Positions 20,901-29,924 of a DNA stretch of 64,000 nt are shown here, one piece after another. The translations under genes and the position numbers were made by a program. The stretch covers positions 620,001 through 684,000 of the forward strand of contig VRMN01000004.1 of assembly GCA_008690995.1 (NCBI GenBank), given 5' to 3'. This stretch comes from Porphyridium purpureum. Lineage: Eukaryota. Below the pieces are notes generated by a model. The model searched no databases, was not told the origin of the DNA, and saw only the letters and a list, made by a program, of their open reading frames with translations. Within the stretch, counting starts at the first letter, position 1. Each line of letters starts with the position of its first letter.

Positions 20901-22800
20901 CAGGCATACCCGGGCGCGTACAGAAAATGACTGTCGGCATGACGAATTCTTCAGCAGGAATGGTTTGATACTCTACAGCAAGCACAGGTTCCTGCGAAAA
21001 ATATTGCACAAACAGTATGACCAGAAGCACCACCGACGTAACGAGCAACGAAATAAAGACGAAAAGGTACCAAACCGCAACCTTTTCGTCCCTTGATATA
21101 TCTCCACTTCCATCTCGGTCCACATAACGCATAATCCACTCTTTTGCCGGATGGCCTTGGATCTGCTGGGTGACAACGGTCTGGTCGTCCGAAGGCTTTT
21201 TGCTCCATTTGGCGCACTGATCATGTAGCCAAACACAAGCCTCTGTGGCAAATATGATCATGGCGAAAATCGTCGTCCCGCTGAAAAGCGAGATCCAGCC
21301 GAATGCGTCCAGGAACCAGTTCAGTGCGGTGTCCGGGTATACCAAGGACACGGAAAAAATCACATCACCTATGTACGCAAATTCTGTCTTGGCTGTAAAC
21401 CAGTTGAACGTGTTGACAGTCGAGAGTTCATGCCGCACAATGCGACCCTCGCGAATTGGCGGGTCTCCAGGCTCCGTGGCTTCCCTTTCCTGCCTGAAAC
21501 GGAAGACAGCGATCTGCCCGACGGATGCCGTGCCGCGAAGATCCAGCTGGGGCATAAAAGATCCGTTCGCGAACGTCTCGCGAGCAACAAACACTTGCAT
21601 ATGATCCACTCGCTGACTCGCGCTTTCGATATATTTGTACAGGTTCTGGTCTTGTGCTCCCGACCGTGACCATTCAAACGTGTCTGCATCGACAAGTGTA
21701 AACCTTGCCGGAGTAAAAGGCTCCGTTACCGGATAAAGTTTGCCGCTGTACAAGACAAGCTCGCACAGAAAGTCCTTGGGCATAACAGTAAGAAACGGGG
21801 CGAATTGGCCCGAGCTGTCGGCATCCAGCGTACGCAGGAAATCGCGTGGCGCATTTACGATGATCCCATCGTCCACCAACTCTCCCCACAGCGCGTCAAC
21901 AAAGGCAAACGCAAGCGCGTTCGACATGAGGTCAGGAATCCCGCTAGCGCTTTGGTTTGCCTCCTCGGAAAGGAAACATTGACTGAGGGGGTTGATCTCC
22001 ATGTGGATTTGGAAAGCGTCTTCCAAGTCGTCCGACTTGGGTGCGCCTTCAAAAGAAGCACAAAACCGACACGCATCCAGTTCGGCGCGGTAAGTGGCCA
22101 TGTCAAACGGCAGGCTCTTGCTGAACAGCTCGGCACAGCGTTCCGCGCTCACAGAGTCTGGCAAGGTAGATTTCCAGTATTGCCGCAAGAATTTGTTGCA
22201 TTGGTTGTCACAGTTGTCTCCGCAGACGTCATCCTTGCGCTGAACGCATTTGAACAAACCTCCCGACGCTGTGGAAGGAAGTTCTGACGTAGGATAATTG
22301 CTACTCCTGAGCGGTTCAATGCGCTCAATGGGCGGAACGTTGGAGAGGGCATAAGGCATACACAGCTCCGAAGTGGGCATAACAAACTCTTCCAATGTCG
22401 GATACGGCGCAACCTCGACCTCGAAAACCGGTTCCTGGTGAATATATTGGTGTGTGATGAAAGTGAACGGGACGAGTGCGCCAAGAAATGCGACGAGCTT
22501 GAGCAGAGCTAATGTTCGTCTCAATCCAAACGCGCGCTTCTCCTTCGTACGAAATGTGCGGGAGCGCAACGCGGGACCCTCATCGCGCAGGTTCTGCTGC
22601 ACAAAATCTGGCTGCTGAGCGGACCGCAGGCTGTCTCCCGTGGGAAGAGTCGCACGTGAATCGGGCGCGGCCTGCAGCGCGGCTCTTAGTTTGTCGGCAC
22701 TGTCCGACGCCTCTGCAAACGCGACGCCCTTGGCTGTTCGGGATCCATCTGTTTTCGACGCCTTTGCCAACCCATCTTTTTCTTGCACTACCTGACCCAT
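17995..22800 (-). CDS. 1601-aa membrane protein with three tandem DEG/ENaC-like (TM1-ectodomain-TM2) repeats and an EF-hand
   Basis: Six hydrophobic segments in three pairs. Post-TM1 motifs FVMPTSELC, FVMPTVIFC, LPLPPLMVC. TM2 motifs DAFGWISLFSGTTIF, DVAAVLGNLSGLSVF, DLTGYAGFFVGLFVF. EF loop DRDGSGDISRDE. Confidence 0.75.
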   Translation of the reverse strand: MGQVVQEKDGLAKASKTDGSRTAKGVAFAEASDSADKLRAALQAAPDSRATLPTGDSLRSAQQPDFVQQNLRDEGPALRSRTFRTKEKRAFGLRRTLALLKLVAFLGALVPFTFITHQYIHQEPVFEVEVAPYPTLEEFVMPTSELCMPYALSNVPPIERIEPLRSSNYPTSELPSTASGGLFKCVQRKDDVCGDNCDNQCNKFLRQYWKSTLPDSVSAERCAELFSKSLPFDMATYRAELDACRFCASFEGAPKSDDLEDAFQIHMEINPLSQCFLSEEANQSASGIPDLMSNALAFAFVDALWGELVDDGIIVNAPRDFLRTLDADSSGQFAPFLTVMPKDFLCELVLYSGKLYPVTEPFTPARFTLVDADTFEWSRSGAQDQNLYKYIESASQRVDHMQVFVARETFANGSFMPQLDLRGTASVGQIAVFRFRQEREATEPGDPPIREGRIVRHELSTVNTFNWFTAKTEFAYIGDVIFSVSLVYPDTALNWFLDAFGWISLFSGTTIFAMIIFATEACVWLHDQCAKWSKKPSDDQTVVTQQIQGHPAKEWIMRYVDRDGSGDISRDEKVAVWYLFVFISLLVTSVVLLVILFVQYFSQEPVLAVEYQTIPAEEFVMPTVIFCTRPGMPAWGTEQLKALPNTGAPLSPLATNAPSVPYDVDCVTFGGQARCGQEAKSVLRRGFFVNVEEFHFLELGGGDDEYEQLGESLGCGSLGAPSFPSDLTAALDLSAGNTVCQTCYMFERAANNVSAASLGDKLTVSFLWNNVFACCFASCELCCSAAPTWEWVVDNWDALAEGGIIGSSSSSSSSQARPPFSEQFRVQADMVSNAFALCDLIFTSGAVFPVEGSANVLPEPGLGPPLFSFVNESNLKLEYGSAQTPRHFPLPRVDVFQQVEMFTALSANLSDVQLSGIVPMSSDLHVSFAQTTDVDIKQENGASSIVLAPDLVTQIETRESVRDRFLDGWSGTNSALSVQIGFSFNSQLFEMVSMVYRYSNLEFTQDVAAVLGNLSGLSVFGIFFYLLPPLVAWLSLRKRNSANIDASATANVEEEEQVLAKQVSKWAFIGLLTLLLILFIGAAVASGFLIAFYINSPNLLAYNFNTLPRAPLPLPPLMVCQDRNGTNNGVQILDDGTPMFGFARAGRGEFSYSLAPTADQVIFGPIWGANKVSRVANGSSCAGDGSAAAATIAIDPANAQNDCRVCYRVWFNETVAEDEPVPDIFVDFFTDALYTPCMNGAGFGRILADSHPYQEQILMQRRNQLLDAGKIRIDDGSPLSEFEGFNDDALCSLVYFSGVIYPTDSEADFVVVKNGAGNYTIEGSNPWDAYRVANQSFSNSVSILMEQPSGTGVWTGIQRLEQVATESPNTQVEILLGISSIDNNTRYGYRVTSHDLGVFEQSTQQAYMRARLKFGSTSGNFGANNTVELNTIPSYSALKFIGDLTGYAGFFVGLFVFNLLYLTVALVYAGIHGTNIEERAVLLDSFAETKALDKGQVSARSKGGAGTGAGAGRSSGLAGEVQSVSGSSTWQSGGSSEHTVVDLEASHGSRLASHRIGTFGPQGTLARGATLRRLPTRASEHESYKVGAAFFAFDALSRVMN

Positions 22801-23102
22801 CGCGGCGGTGCTGCTCCTTGAGCTGCGCGTGGTTCCCGAGCTACTTTTTCATGTCACCCAACCCTCAGACCCAATAGCCGCTCCTGCGCGTCGAGACCTT
22901 TCCCCTTTCAACGCGGCGCGTACTTGGGCGATTGTCACCTCAAATCTCGGTTACCACCCGCCAACCCACGCACCACTTGTGCGCGGCGCAGTCACGACCT
23001 GCTCCCTCTGAATTCACGCGCAAATCGGCCAACACCCAGCGCACATCTGTAGCGTCGCTCCACATAGCCACCGCTGTGCAAGTGCGAGCGTGTCTGTCTG
23101 TC

Positions 23103-23132
23103 TGTGTGTGTGTGTGTGTTTGCGTGTGTGTG
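23103..23132. repeat. (TG)n microsatellite
   Basis: Imperfect TG run in the intergenic region. Confidence 0.85.
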
Positions 23133-24609
23133 CGATCCGACACGTGTCGCCATGATCGAAGCTCTGTGGCCTGTTCACGGCGCTTTCAATCACTCCGAAT
23201 GACCGCTCCGCACTCACAACACGCTTCGTTCAGCCGCGCGCCTCTCCGGCAACAAAACACGCTTCGAAAATATCCACGCGTGGCACAAAACGCTCCATAT
23301 CAAAATAACACAAAGTAATGATATTTTGAGCGAGCGCGCGCAACACGGCGCGGCGCTTTGGACCGAATCCAAAACGGTTCAGTGGCGAGTTTTGTCCATG
23401 CCACACAAGAACAGCTGCGCGCGCACACTGTGGAAGGCACGCGCGCGCGCCGCAGGGAAGAATGCGCATGGTAGTGGACGCTCTGGGAAAGCGCACGGAC
23501 GGGTGGCGCCACTGGAGCAGTGCGGCCTGTACGTGGCTTGCGTGCGGTCGGGTTTGCTGTCTGGAATTGGAATCTGGTCGCGAGATCGTTGCAAAAGAGC
23601 GTGCTGGCCAACTACTGTGTAGGAATCTCCGCAGCGGAAGCGTTAAAAGACAAAAGAGAATTGGGTGTGGGCGCTTGCGGCAGAGCACGGCCTTCGCTGT
23701 GCGTGCGTGCTGGAGTGCCCCGGTCTGACGCCCGCGTTCGCGAGGCTAGAAGGGACGTGGTTCTGTTCCACTCAGCCGCATCGGCAGCTGGTATGGAAGC
23801 GAGTCTACACGGTTTGCCGAGAGGCCAAAGTAAAAGCCTGCTGAGGAATAAATTCCTTCAGCTCATGGCGCTCAAACGATCTGGCCGCTCAGAGAAAGCT
23901 TTCACTGTCACAATCCCACCACTCTTTTCCAGATATATACAGTGCACGGGCACGGAAAAGCCTGTGGCTCGAGACGGCATGGGCGAACGGGCTCAATGTA
24001 GACCACTCCCTGCTGCAATACGAGCCGAGCAGGGTGCCACCCGTCATGGCCATCATGTACATGGACTGCTTGAAAGACCGCTGTCGTAACGAGTATGATA
24101 AAGCCAGTCACAAGCGTTTCCTCTTGCGAATCGGTGAGGAAGCGTGCGTCTCCTCGCAGTCACGCCATCTCGGAGTCCTTCTATTTGCAGACTAAAGGCT
24201 CAGAGCTTGCCAATCGGTGGAGCGTTCGACTGAGCAGCGCTGCAGCTCTACCCGACACTTCCGAGTCCAACCTTGATGCCGTGAACGCCTCCGCGCCTCG
24301 TCACGCGCGCGCGTGCTCATGGGCACAAGTACAGTGCGTGCGCTGCGGAGGTTGCGAAAATGGGCTCCACGCGCGCGCGCGAGGTTGAAGGCGACGAGCG
24401 CGTGGTATCTCGGGCGTCTGCGTGGACGAGGACAGCGTGCGTGCGTGCGTGCGTGCGTGCAAGCGCGCGCGCGCGTGTGTCTCCAAGTCGAAGCGATGAT
24501 CTCGCGGTCCGTTAGCTGTTGTTGGGTTTGCGCAGGACCAGTCAAGGTATGCGATGGTGCGGTGTGGTGGCTGCGGCGCAGGAGACGGCGGCGCTTCGTG
24601 CGTGTGTGC

Positions 24610-27600
24610 ATGGCGCGGAGCACGGAGAGGTCCGCGTGGGCATCGACGCAGCGGTTGAAGATCGATGCTGCGTGCTCCGGGTCGGTGAGCGTGTTTAGGC
24701 TGCAGCATTGCCGTGCAGGACAGTTCAGGGTGACGGCGTGTGCAAGGGAAGCGGTAGTTCGCTCCGCTCGTGTGCGCGCGATGAGCATGGCAAAGCACGC
24801 ACCGGAGCGTCGTGAGCACGGCAATAGACCGTCACGAAGCGCAGACAGCAAGACGCGGCGCGAATTTGTGCTACATTCATTCGCAGCGGTACTGGGACTG
24901 ATCGCGTACACGCCGGTGCTGGACCGGCCTGATCCTAGTGAGACTATGAGGAGACCTCCACTCGGCTTGCGCACGAAGGACTTGAAAGAAGATATTCTGG
25001 AAGACATGGACACGGAAACGGAACGCCAATTGAATGGTGATAAATCTGGTGATGACGCGCCTCCAATCGGCAGCGAGGTCGACAAGGCAGACAAACCATC
25101 GTCAAGCGAGGGCAACTTTTCCGCAGGATCATCATCCGGTGCACCACCGTCCACCCGCACGCAGGAACTGCGGCGTGGGCCCTCGCGAAAAGACGAGCTG
25201 GACGAACTTGTGGAGATGGCAGGTAAGCCGTTTGTGCTGAATCCGCGGTGGATGGAGGATGATTTGGAAGACGCCAAGGCTGTGTTTCGGCGACTCGCAG
25301 TGCTGGGCTTTGTCGCGCTGTACAGTCTTACTGCGATTCTGATCTCCGAGCGGTCCGAAGGCCGCATCACGCTGCCTCGGCAGTATGACGTGGAGCAAAT
25401 TCGCAACTACTTTCGGCCACGACCGGAACTTGTGCTTGTGCGCACGTGCCAGATTCTGTGGGAGGCAGTCGGCTTCGGCACAGGTTTTGTGAGTGACAAG
25501 CTGTGGTATGAGCTACGACGCAGATTTGATGAATTTTTCATCGAGAACCTAGAAACGCGGCTCAAGCGGCTCGAGGCGGAGGACCAGAAGCTTAATGTAC
25601 GCGCCTTTGCGTGGAATACAATGCAGGTGAGCCTGATATCCGGAGCGCGAAAGGTATTTCGCGTGAAGCAGCCAAGTGTAGGTCAATATTGGGACTGGCG
25701 TTGGAGTCGCCGCGCCGCACTGAATAGGCAGGCAATTACACGACTTGGTCCGGCGTTCATCAAGCTTGGCCAGGCAATTTCGAGTCGGCCAGACGTTGTG
25801 GGCTCGCGCATGAGCCGCGAGCTGCAACGGTTGCAGGACGACATGCCATTTTTCTCGAACGAGGAAGCATTTGAATTTATTCGACGCGAAGTCGGGGCCC
25901 ACCCGCGCCGCCTCTTCGAGTCGATCTCGCAGCAGCCTGTCGCAGCAGCGTCGATCGGGCAGGTGTACAAGGCGAAATTGGACGGTATTGATGTTGCCGT
26001 CAAAATCCAGCGCCCGGGCATTGTCGAAGTCGTCGCTCTAGACTTCCATGTCATTCGCAACGTGGCCGAATTTGCCACCAGTGTGTTTCCGTTTTCTACG
26101 TTGGTGCCGCCGGATCTGTGTGATATTGTAGACGACTATGCATCGCGCCTATTCGAGGAACTCGACTACGTGCAAGAAGGAAGGAATGTGGAGCGTTTTC
26201 GTGAATTGTATGGAAATTATCCAGGCTTCAAGGTGCCCATGCTCTTTCAACAATACTCGTCTGAGCACGTACTAATCATGGAGTGGATTGACGGAACTCC
26301 ATTGATCAGTGAAGATTACAATTATGGATTGTCCGCATCAGGATCCGTGTCGACGGAAAGCAAAGCCCTAGATTCATATTCGAAACTTGTGTCGGTGGCC
26401 GATAATGATCTCGTCAGAATTGAGAACGGAATTCGATGTTGTCTCGCACAATTGCTTGACGTGGGCTTCGTGCATGGTGACCCGTCTGAGAATCTCATCC
26501 GAACGCGAGATGGCAAGCTTGCACTGGTTGATTATGGTGTTGTGGTTTCCATGGCACCGGCAAGCAGGTATGCCATCGTTTCTTCGCTTCTGCATCTGCT
26601 GAATCGGCAGTATGACTTATTGGCGGAGGATGTCTCCAGTGTGAGCATCATGAAAGACTCCGCACTTGACATGCGCTACGATGAACTCGCCAAAGCGCTG
26701 CGCACCGTGTTTGAGCCTTACGTAGGCGACGGCATTTCGGGCTTTTCCTTCATTGGGCTTGCGGATCAGTTCTTGACGCTAGCGTCTCGATTCCCTTTTG
26801 CGTTCCCGCCATTCTTTATCAACAACATTCGCGCTCTTGGTAATATGGAAGACATGGCGTTGCAGGTCGACCCCAACTTCAAGATGGCCAAGCTGGTATT
26901 TCCGCTTGTGATCGAAAAGGTGTTTAATGACCCGGCGCCAGAAATGCGTGAGACCCTGGAGGAAATTCTGTTGGCCGATTACACCTTCATTAATTGGAAA
27001 GACCTCCAGCGTATTATCACCCAAATGGCGTACATACGCTTAAATAATACCGTGCTCTTGAGCGACACCGCCAATGCTAGACTTGTGTCTGCAATGTCCG
27101 GGGCGCCTTCGCCGGCGCCGTCGACGGGCGGCGCTAGTGTTGGAAGTGGCGCAGATGTGTCCGCCGATGTGGTGGGTGGTGCTGGAAGGCGCAGACAAGA
27201 GAGGAGAAAGAGAAAGCGAAACAGCCGAGCAGGTTCGCTATCCGCCAGCGACAAGATGCTGGACGCGGCCTCAAAGAAGGCCGAAATGTTCGAGTTTCAG
27301 ACCTTCACGGAGCTAGTTTGTTCCCGCAACGGGAGCATGCTCACCACCGTGTACGCGCGCCAGGTGGTAGACATATTCGAGAACCAACTGGAGGCCAAGG
27401 TGAATGCAATTGAATCGTTCTTGCTTCCGCGCAATCTCCAGCCAGTCAAGGCACGCGCGCACAGCCTAGACAGAAGCCCCGCTGACGGCGCAAAGGGAGT
27501 CCGTCGCAAGATAAACTCAGCACCGAGCAGCGTTCCCGAAGGTGACCGCACTTCTCCTTTAGAGGACTCGAGCGCTTTGCCAACGACGGAGCACTCTCTT

Positions 27601-27843
27601 GCTGCAGTGCGGAGGAACCGCCGCGAGGCTCGCGTGCTAATCCGACGCATGGCGTCTTTGAAGTCGCGCAAACGCGATCGTCTGCGACTGCTGCCCCTCA
27701 TTCTGAGCATCGGCTTCCAGGTCTTCATGGCGGTGATTCTGCGCCTCGCTGTCCGCGTTACATCTGACGTTTTTCAGATCCTTGACCGTGTCAGCTCCAT
27801 GGTGCGACGTCCCAGACGCCGCGTCTCTTTGAAACAACTCTAG
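24610..27843 (+). CDS. ABC1/UbiB-family atypical kinase, probably plastid-targeted
   Basis: Motifs LGPAFIKLGQAISSRPD, LQD, AAASIGQVYKA, VAVKIQRP, EELDY..EG.N, MEWIDG. Start codon uncertain (24610 or 24781). Confidence 0.88.
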   Translation: MARSTERSAWASTQRLKIDAACSGSVSVFRLQHCRAGQFRVTACAREAVVRSARVRAMSMAKHAPERREHGNRPSRSADSKTRREFVLHSFAAVLGLIAYTPVLDRPDPSETMRRPPLGLRTKDLKEDILEDMDTETERQLNGDKSGDDAPPIGSEVDKADKPSSSEGNFSAGSSSGAPPSTRTQELRRGPSRKDELDELVEMAGKPFVLNPRWMEDDLEDAKAVFRRLAVLGFVALYSLTAILISERSEGRITLPRQYDVEQIRNYFRPRPELVLVRTCQILWEAVGFGTGFVSDKLWYELRRRFDEFFIENLETRLKRLEAEDQKLNVRAFAWNTMQVSLISGARKVFRVKQPSVGQYWDWRWSRRAALNRQAITRLGPAFIKLGQAISSRPDVVGSRMSRELQRLQDDMPFFSNEEAFEFIRREVGAHPRRLFESISQQPVAAASIGQVYKAKLDGIDVAVKIQRPGIVEVVALDFHVIRNVAEFATSVFPFSTLVPPDLCDIVDDYASRLFEELDYVQEGRNVERFRELYGNYPGFKVPMLFQQYSSEHVLIMEWIDGTPLISEDYNYGLSASGSVSTESKALDSYSKLVSVADNDLVRIENGIRCCLAQLLDVGFVHGDPSENLIRTRDGKLALVDYGVVVSMAPASRYAIVSSLLHLLNRQYDLLAEDVSSVSIMKDSALDMRYDELAKALRTVFEPYVGDGISGFSFIGLADQFLTLASRFPFAFPPFFINNIRALGNMEDMALQVDPNFKMAKLVFPLVIEKVFNDPAPEMRETLEEILLADYTFINWKDLQRIITQMAYIRLNNTVLLSDTANARLVSAMSGAPSPAPSTGGASVGSGADVSADVVGGAGRRRQERRKRKRNSRAGSLSASDKMLDAASKKAEMFEFQTFTELVCSRNGSMLTTVYARQVVDIFENQLEAKVNAIESFLLPRNLQPVKARAHSLDRSPADGAKGVRRKINSAPSSVPEGDRTSPLEDSSALPTTEHSLAAVRRNRREARVLIRRMASLKSRKRDRLRLLPLILSIGFQVFMAVILRLAVRVTSDVFQILDRVSSMVRRPRRRVSLKQL

Positions 27844-28745
27844 GTTGCCTAACAATCAGACCATGTCGTCACTAGGCACGCTTGTGGGTTCGATTTTGAT
27901 AAGCTCCAACGCCCCCATGAGGACAAAAAAAATTGCAAAGACGAGAGCATACGCAAGGCGACACAGTTCTATCGCAGAGATATAGCAAGGCATTGGCAAT
28001 TGGCTCGAGGCTGTCGTTGCTCAAAAACCAGGCGATACCCGGAATAAACATTTTTCCATTCACGCGCGCAGTAGGAGGCTTGGCGAGCAAGCTTGGATCA
28101 CTCCATGCCCCACCGACGAATCTAGGCCCAGCCTCTCAGTAGCTCATTTTGTAGGAAGCAACCCAGTCTCAACGTCGCAAAGCTTTGAGAACATGCTGAT
28201 GTGGATTCGAAGCATGTGTCTCGGTCCGAGCTCTTGTATCGTGGCTCATGGGCACGCCTAGACGCTCAGCAGCTTCGCGTTGCCTCGTGATGTCCCCGAA
28301 CACACGCGCTTTTCGAAAGCAACTTGATCGATTCAAGAACTCTGACGACTCAAAACGGCAAGTCTTCTGTGTAGCCGCTCTCGGTGCATCCGCGGACGCA
28401 CACTTTTGTCGCACCACTTTCCCCAGGACATTCGCATCTTCCTCTGCGGCAAGCGCAGAACCTCGCTCAATCGCCCTGCCGGTTGCTGCCAGTGGCGCCG
28501 TGGACGCCTCAATAGACACCACACGTCGACACCTAGCCGGGTCGCTGGCGGCGCATTGTAGCCGCGGGTGCCGTTGCCGCAGCATTGCTCCTTGGCTTCC
28601 TCCGTGACAATGCTACGAATGGCTCAAGACCCGCATGATGCATTTGCGTTGAGACACGCCGGTCTGTCTAAGGCGATGTGGGAAGAGGTCGTCCCAGGCA
28701 GGTTGTAGTGTGCCAAGGTGAGCGGGTGGCGTGCGCGACAGCACG

Positions 28746-29774
28746 ATGAAGGCGGAGATCGGACGCGCACGTATCCTGCTCATTGCTTGTGCTGCTGTAC
28801 ATTTCGCGCTCGAGACGGATTTGTGCCATGCGCAGGACGCGCCGCATCGGAGCGTGCCGCTTCACTTTGATCACTCCAAAGTGATGATGGCACGGCCAGA
28901 GGTGGATCTGATCGTTTCCTACTTGGCTGAATCGATCAATGCCAGCGGCACGAGTGATGCGGTCTACCTGGAGTACGGCTCTGGCGGAAGCACCGTGGCT
29001 TTCACACGGTTTGTCAAGCAGGCGTTCAGCATTGAGCACAATTGCGCGTTTGCACGCATGATGAAGGAAACGCTGGCTGAAGAAGGGCTCGGCGATCGCG
29101 TTGATATGCGCTGTGCGGCCGTACCTCCAGGGACAGGCGGGTGGGGTCGCATTCATGGCTTTGAACACGGCAGCTACCGCCAGTTCCAGAACTATGTCGA
29201 CGCCGTGGACCAACTTGGCGTGGCCGCGTTCGATTTCGTTCTCGTGGATGGACGAGCGAGGCTAGCTTGCGCATTGAAAGTCCTGCCTTATCTCAAGGAC
29301 AGGTCCATTGTCTTCTTGCATGATTTTTATGGAGATCGTGTGCAGCTCTACGGTGGGGTTCTCAAGTACTACGACGAAGTCGCTCGCGTGCTTGCTCGAG
29401 CCAACACGATGCCAACCATGGGCCCGGTCCACGAGCCGCAGGGTTTGCTTGTGCTGCGCAGGAAGCAAAATATTGAGCACCTGCTGCCGCTCAGTGCGGA
29501 ACAGATCCATGCAGAATACGACGCCATTAACTGGCACGGGAATGACCCAAAAGCTCCTGATACCGCCTTGGAAAGCGTTCTCTTTGTTCTGGGGGGTTAT
29601 TTGGATATTCGGAACTGGAAGCTGCTGCGAAATAGAAAAATGCTGCTTTCGACGATCCGGCACGACACCCAAATCGTGGTATTTGCGTTTGTTTGTGCGG
29701 TCTTTGTCGTGCGTCTCGTGAGGCCCGTTTTCGCCGGCCTCGGGTCCCGGGCTCGAGCAGATAAGCAGCGCTGA
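28746..29774 (+). CDS. Class I SAM-dependent methyltransferase with an N-terminal signal/anchor and a C-terminal TM segment
   Basis: Motifs YLEYGSGGST, SIEH, FDFVLVDGRARLAC, LHDF. Both termini are hydrophobic. Confidence 0.75.
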   Translation: MKAEIGRARILLIACAAVHFALETDLCHAQDAPHRSVPLHFDHSKVMMARPEVDLIVSYLAESINASGTSDAVYLEYGSGGSTVAFTRFVKQAFSIEHNCAFARMMKETLAEEGLGDRVDMRCAAVPPGTGGWGRIHGFEHGSYRQFQNYVDAVDQLGVAAFDFVLVDGRARLACALKVLPYLKDRSIVFLHDFYGDRVQLYGGVLKYYDEVARVLARANTMPTMGPVHEPQGLLVLRRKQNIEHLLPLSAEQIHAEYDAINWHGNDPKAPDTALESVLFVLGGYLDIRNWKLLRNRKMLLSTIRHDTQIVVFAFVCAVFVVRLVRPVFAGLGSRARADKQR

Positions 29775-29857
29775 AGTAAATCGAGATCATTCATCTATTA
29801 ACTGAACAAGAGAAAATGAGCTCGATCAAAATGCGTTGTGTATCTTTCCAAATGTTG

Positions 29858-29897
29858 TTTCTTTTTTTCCTTTTTCTTTTTTTTTTTTTTTTTTTTT
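29858..29897. repeat. T-rich tract between two convergent genes
   Basis: Run of about 21 T plus flanking T-rich sequence. Confidence 0.9.
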
Positions 29898-29924
29898 GCT
29901 TTGCTTTCGGGTTCTTTCCTGGGA

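Noticed and set aside
23200..24300. ORFs in the region between the channel gene and the ABC1 kinase
   Set aside because: No protein-family signal; likely promoter or UTR sequence with low-complexity GC repeats.
24192..25406. Long antisense ORFs, this one and similar ones at 1468-2148, 38228-38887, 38752-39681 and 50631-51389
   Set aside because: Shadow frames of real genes in high-GC DNA, with no motifs.
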